Source: Promethearchaeota archaeon | GTDB taxonomy: Archaea > Asgardarchaeota > Lokiarchaeia > Sigyniarchaeales > SOKP01 | Assembly: GCA_019058365.1 (NCBI GenBank) | Contig: JAHPZE010000005.1 | Coordinates: 32,001 to 96,000 of the forward strand | DNA: 64,000 bases | Direction: 5' to 3' | In this document: positions 59,564 to 64,000 of the stretch, one piece after another | Layout: every line of letters starts with the position of its first letter | Position numbering within the stretch: the first letter of the stretch is position 1 | Program-made: the position numbers and the translations under genes | The notes under the pieces: model-generated | The model's input: only the letters and a program-made list of their open reading frames with translations | What the model was told of the DNA's origin: nothing | Databases searched by the model: none

Positions 59564-61189
59564 TCAGCTCATAACAGGGAGGATAATCGCGGATGGATGA
59601 ATAGAGTCGTGATATACGGTCTGTTCGGCAATAAGGAGCTTTGTTGCCGTTGCTAACGGTTCTCCAGTACCAAAATTACGTACAAAACGTGGGTGAGCAC
59701 CACTCGATACTTGAAGTCGTATGCGATGCTTACGAAGGAAACAATATGCTGTTGGCCAGAGGTTAATAATGATCTTGATATACTTGTTAAATTCTTGCTT
59801 AAACTTACCTGGCATTAAACGGAGTATTCCGTCACAAATATTAATAGACTTACCCGAGGAATTAACATCACAAAGACGTGCAAAGAAATCTGTATAATCG
59901 AGGTTTGAACGGACATAGAGCTCAGCTTGTATAGGGCCGATAACCTCTAGATTTTGTTCAAGCTTAGCACTTGTATACACAAGTACGTCTGCTCTAGATT
60001 CTAAATCATTATTCTTTTTCGAACCTGAATTTGGACCAAGTATTGAACCACCTACTGCCGGTGTAGGGTCGCTAGGATCGTAGCGATAATGATCAGGCTC
60101 GGATTCTGTAGGAACCTCAGGGCTTAAACCATTATTAGGTTGGAGATGCCAATGTTGTAGTAGAGTACCTGATGGTGGCCAATCCAAGAAATTCCGCCAT
60201 TCATTAGTCCCCATAATAAAGAGTCTAACAGGTTCCTCCCGGAGTTCGCTAAAATCACCACTGAGGTGAGCATGGAACCATGGGATCGCTTCGCGTACGC
60301 CTGTTATCATAACAGCCATATCATCATGCTTCCAAGGACCGATGGTAAGGAATGGTTGATGACCTGCTTTACGAAGAATTGCATAATCTCTGAGTTGCCA
60401 TGGAAGGAAGATGTCGTACCAACCACCAACCATATTAATTGGTACGGACAGCTCAGTTAATGTTTTTCTAAAGTCTGTTTGCTTCCAATATTCATCTTCA
60501 GGATTGGTGTGTTCGAGCCAATCCTGCCAATGAGGTACTACTTTCCCAATTGCGAGTTCAACGGCGTCCTGTAAGGGTAGATGATTTAAAGCAGGAATTA
60601 ATTTTTTATCTGAAATGTTACGACGGAGGCTGGAACCCTTCATGGTGGCAGTCATTGTAGTCCAAGACAAACCACCATGGAGTGAGAAAGATCCCCCAGG
60701 ATAATGCACGTAACCGAAATCAGAGGTGCAAACTTGAGTAGCCATCGCTTTTAGTATAGATCCAGCATCACGTCCTACTGTCCACTGGGCATAACCGAGA
60801 TAACTTGGACCATTGGTGACAAGTTCGCCGGAGAACCAATCCCTTTTTTTGATCCATTCAATGGTAGCGATGCCATCATCATGCTCATTAAAGAAGGGAT
60901 AAAATTGGCCCCCCGAGCCGAATGTTCCCCGACAACTCTGAATCAGTGCTTGAAATCCGCGCTCTGCAAAGAATCGTCCGTACAGGAGACCGAAAAAAAT
61001 ACGCCTACCATAGGGGGAACGAACGAGTACAGTCGGAAGTTTGCTATCTCCACGAGGATAATAATGATCTGCCAACAACTCAACGCCATCGGGCATTGGA
61101 ACCTTGAGATCGCGTTCAACCAAGATTTTACGAGTTTCAGCTGGTGGAAGTTTCAGTATCTTACCAAATATACGGCTAAGAATTGTCAT
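59564..61189 (-). CDS. CocE/NonD family serine hydrolase
   Basis: VPMPDGVELLAD, RSPYGR, GPSYLG, GGWYD, GPWKH; probable start MTILSRI at 61189. Confidence 0.9.
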   Translation of the reverse strand: MTILSRIFGKILKLPPAETRKILVERDLKVPMPDGVELLADHYYPRGDSKLPTVLVRSPYGRRIFFGLLYGRFFAERGFQALIQSCRGTFGSGGQFYPFFNEHDDGIATIEWIKKRDWFSGELVTNGPSYLGYAQWTVGRDAGSILKAMATQVCTSDFGYVHYPGGSFSLHGGLSWTTMTATMKGSSLRRNISDKKLIPALNHLPLQDAVELAIGKVVPHWQDWLEHTNPEDEYWKQTDFRKTLTELSVPINMVGGWYDIFLPWQLRDYAILRKAGHQPFLTIGPWKHDDMAVMITGVREAIPWFHAHLSGDFSELREEPVRLFIMGTNEWRNFLDWPPSGTLLQHWHLQPNNGLSPEVPTESEPDHYRYDPSDPTPAVGGSILGPNSGSKKNNDLESRADVLVYTSAKLEQNLEVIGPIQAELYVRSNLDYTDFFARLCDVNSSGKSINICDGILRLMPGKFKQEFNKYIKIIINLWPTAYCFLRKHRIRLQVSSGAHPRFVRNFGTGEPLATATKLLIAEQTVYHDSIHPSAIILPVMS

Positions 61190-61470
61190 GACATCTATTA
61201 ACATTTTCTTTTTTATAAATATTTTTAATAATATCCTTAAAAATTGGATAACTAATCTTTGAGATTTTGTCATGATACACAAGAAAACTCGCTCCTTTTG
61301 GGGTTTGAGGAATTGAGTTTGAATCGGCACGATTCGTGAATCTTCTGGAGCAGTTTTTTGTAAACTAGGAATCCGTTTGTTTTAGCTAGTGTTAGTTCAA
61401 ATTATAAAAGTAATGAAAAATTATAATGGTACAAAGAATTCTAATTTCAAGAATTAAATAAACATTTAAA

Positions 61471-63591
61471 ATGGAAAAAGTCGAGAAAATTAGGACTGTC
61501 TGTCGAAGTTGTCATGGTGGATGTGGAGTTATCGCTCACGTGAAAAACGGTAGAGTGATAAAGGTGGAAGGCGATCCTGAATCACCCATAAGCTATGGTT
61601 CCATGTGCAGTAAAGGTTTAGCTATCACACAACTGGCATATCATCCAGATAGGATTCTTTATCCGATGAAAAAAATCGGGAGTGATTGGCTAAGGATTTC
61701 TTGGAATGAAGCCTTAGACATGATAACCGAAAAATTCAATGAAGTGATCAAGAAATATGGTCCCGAAGCTATCATTATCGGTCAGGGGACTGGTCGGGAT
61801 TATGAGAGCCATTTTTCCCGATTTGGAAACTTATTGGGCACTCCAAATATGCTTACAGCTGGACATATGTGTTATCTTTCACGAGTGGGCGCCAGTTTAA
61901 TCACTTGTGGAAAGCATCCAGTATGTGATTATGCAAATAATCCCAGGTGTATTATTATGTGGGGTTGTAATCCTCTATGGACCAATCCAGATGAATACAA
62001 AGGTGTAAGTTTCTGGCACGCTTATGAAAATGGTGCAAAGCTGATTGTAATCGACCCAAGAAAGGGTTTCTTAGCAAAAAAGGCAGATCAATGGCTTCAG
62101 ATACGTCCAGGAACAGATACAGCACTTGCTTTAGGATTTTTTAGAGTAATTATTGAAGAAGAACTATACGATAAGGAGTTTACAGAACAATATATCCACG
62201 GTTGGAATTATTTTGTTGAAAGAGTTATGAATGATTACCCTCTCAATCATGTGGAAAAAATAACATGGATTGATCAAGAATTAATCCAAAATGCCGCTAG
62301 ATTGTATGCCACTATAAAACCAGCTGGAATCCATTGGGGTGTACCAACAGAACAGAATATCAATTGTACAGATTTTACTAGAACAGCAATAGGCCTTATG
62401 GCAGCTACTGGTAACCTCGATATTCCTGGTGGTAATGTTTTTTATCAGCCACCCCCTGTCAGAAAAGTTGCTGAATTTTCTGCTCATGCTGTTTTGTCTT
62501 CCGAACAAAGAAAAAAACGCCTTGGAGGGGAACAATATAAGCTAGCTGATAGAATGACAATCATCACACCAAAATGTGCATGGGATGCCATTCTGACTGG
62601 AAAACCCTATCCTATAAAAGCAGGATATCTTGTGGGGACTAATCCGGTTGTTTCAAGAGCGAACGCAAAGGAAGTTTATAAGGCATTAAATAGTTTAGAC
62701 TTTCTTGTTGTATCGGATTTCTTTCTGACACCAACCGCTGAACTGGCGGATATATTTCTCCCTGCAGGTACTTGGCTTGAGCAGGATCATGTATCGGAAA
62801 ACTGGAAGTTTCATGGATATATACTGGCAAGACAGAAGGTCGTAGAGATCGGTGAATGCTGGCAAGATCATAAGATCTTCATGGAATTGGGTAAGAGATT
62901 AGGTCAAGAATGGTGGGACACCGTGGAAGATTCCCTCGACTGGTTACTCGAACCATCAGGTTTGACTTGGAAGCAATTTAAGAAGAAAGGCTATCTTCAA
63001 GGAGAAATGAAATATTACAAATACAGAGAAAAAGGTTTTTCCACTCCTACGGGAAAAGTGGAGTTATACTCAACTATTCTTGAAAGATGGGGTTTTGATC
63101 CGTTACCAAAATATACGGAGATACCAGAAAGCCCCCTATCTACTCCAGATTTGGCTAAAAGATACCCATACATTCTAAATGCTGGATTAAGGACTCCAAC
63201 TTTTTTCCATTCTGAAAACAGAATGATACCATGGCTCAGAGAAATCAGACCAGATCCAATTGTTGAGATTCATCCAGAAACAGCGAGAAAGCATGATATA
63301 CAGGAAGGGGATTGGGTTTGGATTGAATCACCACGAGGACATATTAAGGAACGGGCAAAACTGAACACCGGAATAGATCCCAGAGTGATCGTGGCAGAAC
63401 ATGGCTGGTGGTATCCAGAGGTCAAGAGCTCTGATCATGGATGGGATACTTCAAATATAAATTTGCTGACAGACAACTCCTATGAGTCAATGGATCCCGT
63501 AATGGGGGCAACAAGTTTAAGAGTCCTCTTATGTAATATAATTCGCTGTGAAGATGAACAAGATGGAAAAGATATCACTAATAATCAATAA
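61471..63591 (+). CDS. DMSO-reductase-family Mo/W bis-PGD enzyme, acetylene hydratase-like clade
   Basis: CRSCHGGC...MCSKG, TAGHMCY, RPGTD, KPYPIKA, TPTAELAD, TPTGKVEL. Confidence 0.85.
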   Translation: MEKVEKIRTVCRSCHGGCGVIAHVKNGRVIKVEGDPESPISYGSMCSKGLAITQLAYHPDRILYPMKKIGSDWLRISWNEALDMITEKFNEVIKKYGPEAIIIGQGTGRDYESHFSRFGNLLGTPNMLTAGHMCYLSRVGASLITCGKHPVCDYANNPRCIIMWGCNPLWTNPDEYKGVSFWHAYENGAKLIVIDPRKGFLAKKADQWLQIRPGTDTALALGFFRVIIEEELYDKEFTEQYIHGWNYFVERVMNDYPLNHVEKITWIDQELIQNAARLYATIKPAGIHWGVPTEQNINCTDFTRTAIGLMAATGNLDIPGGNVFYQPPPVRKVAEFSAHAVLSSEQRKKRLGGEQYKLADRMTIITPKCAWDAILTGKPYPIKAGYLVGTNPVVSRANAKEVYKALNSLDFLVVSDFFLTPTAELADIFLPAGTWLEQDHVSENWKFHGYILARQKVVEIGECWQDHKIFMELGKRLGQEWWDTVEDSLDWLLEPSGLTWKQFKKKGYLQGEMKYYKYREKGFSTPTGKVELYSTILERWGFDPLPKYTEIPESPLSTPDLAKRYPYILNAGLRTPTFFHSENRMIPWLREIRPDPIVEIHPETARKHDIQEGDWVWIESPRGHIKERAKLNTGIDPRVIVAEHGWWYPEVKSSDHGWDTSNINLLTDNSYESMDPVMGATSLRVLLCNIIRCEDEQDGKDITNNQ

Positions 63592-63979
63592 GGATAACTG
63601 CATGGGTTGTCATGCCTGTGAAATAGCATGCAAACAGGAGCGCAAACTTGGAATAGGTCCAAGATTGGTGCAAGTCATTGAGCAATCTCCTGATTTCATT
63701 CCTATATACTGCCATCATTGCGAAAATCCTCCTTGTAAGGAAGTTTGTTCTGTAGAGGCAATATCAATAAATGAACAAGGTATAGTTTTAATCAATAGTG
63801 AACTATGTATTGGATGCAAAGAATGTGTGAAAGCCTGCAATTATAAAGCTATGCAATTTGATAATATTCAAAAGATAGCTATAAAGTGCGATCTATGTGT
63901 CAAGAGACTAGAAAAGAAAAAAAAACCTTCATGTATGATTGTATGCCCTACAGGTTGTATCCATGTCGACAGCAGATAA
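63548..63979 (+). CDS. 4Fe-4S dicluster subunit (DmsB-like)
   Basis: CMGCHACEIAC, CHHCENPPCKEVC, CIGCKECVKAC, KCDLC...CP; the real start is probably MEKISL. Confidence 0.9.
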   Translation: MKMNKMEKISLIINKDNCMGCHACEIACKQERKLGIGPRLVQVIEQSPDFIPIYCHHCENPPCKEVCSVEAISINEQGIVLINSELCIGCKECVKACNYKAMQFDNIQKIAIKCDLCVKRLEKKKKPSCMIVCPTGCIHVDSR

Positions 63980-64000
63980 ATTATAACCATAATTTTTGAT

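Overview
AT-rich archaeal chromosomal window. The gene content (roadblock-like and coiled-coil proteins, DRG GTPase, SAMP/MoaD, multi-TM orphan families, frequent TTG/GTG starts) suggests an Asgard archaeon of the Lokiarchaeia type; this is inference, as there is no rRNA marker. Most of the window is anaerobic acyl-CoA and aromatic metabolism: an acyl-CoA dehydrogenase plus EtfBA, an AOR-family tungstoenzyme, a 2-hydroxyacyl-CoA dehydratase and its activator, a thiolase, CoA ligases, and an Azoarcus-type class I benzoyl-CoA reductase cluster (oah-dch-had-bzdNOPQM, then a bzdV-like gene). The main finding is in the acyl-CoA dehydrogenase gene. It is interrupted just before its catalytic Glu by a 30-nt stop-containing hairpin (16704-16733) that folds into an archaeal bulge-helix-bulge (BHB) motif. 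Cutting at the canonical BHB positions exactly restores ...DAKMGEIYEGTSEIQR..., so this looks like a tRNA-endonuclease-type intron in an mRNA. The next gene is a free-standing two-motif LAGLIDADG endonuclease wedged between the dehydrogenase and etfB, suggesting a split mini-intron plus trans-acting homing endonuclease mobile system. Also found: a VapBC module flanked by 122-bp direct repeats, probable ATA-initiated genes, and small genes missed by the ORF track. No tRNA, rRNA or CRISPR array was recognised.
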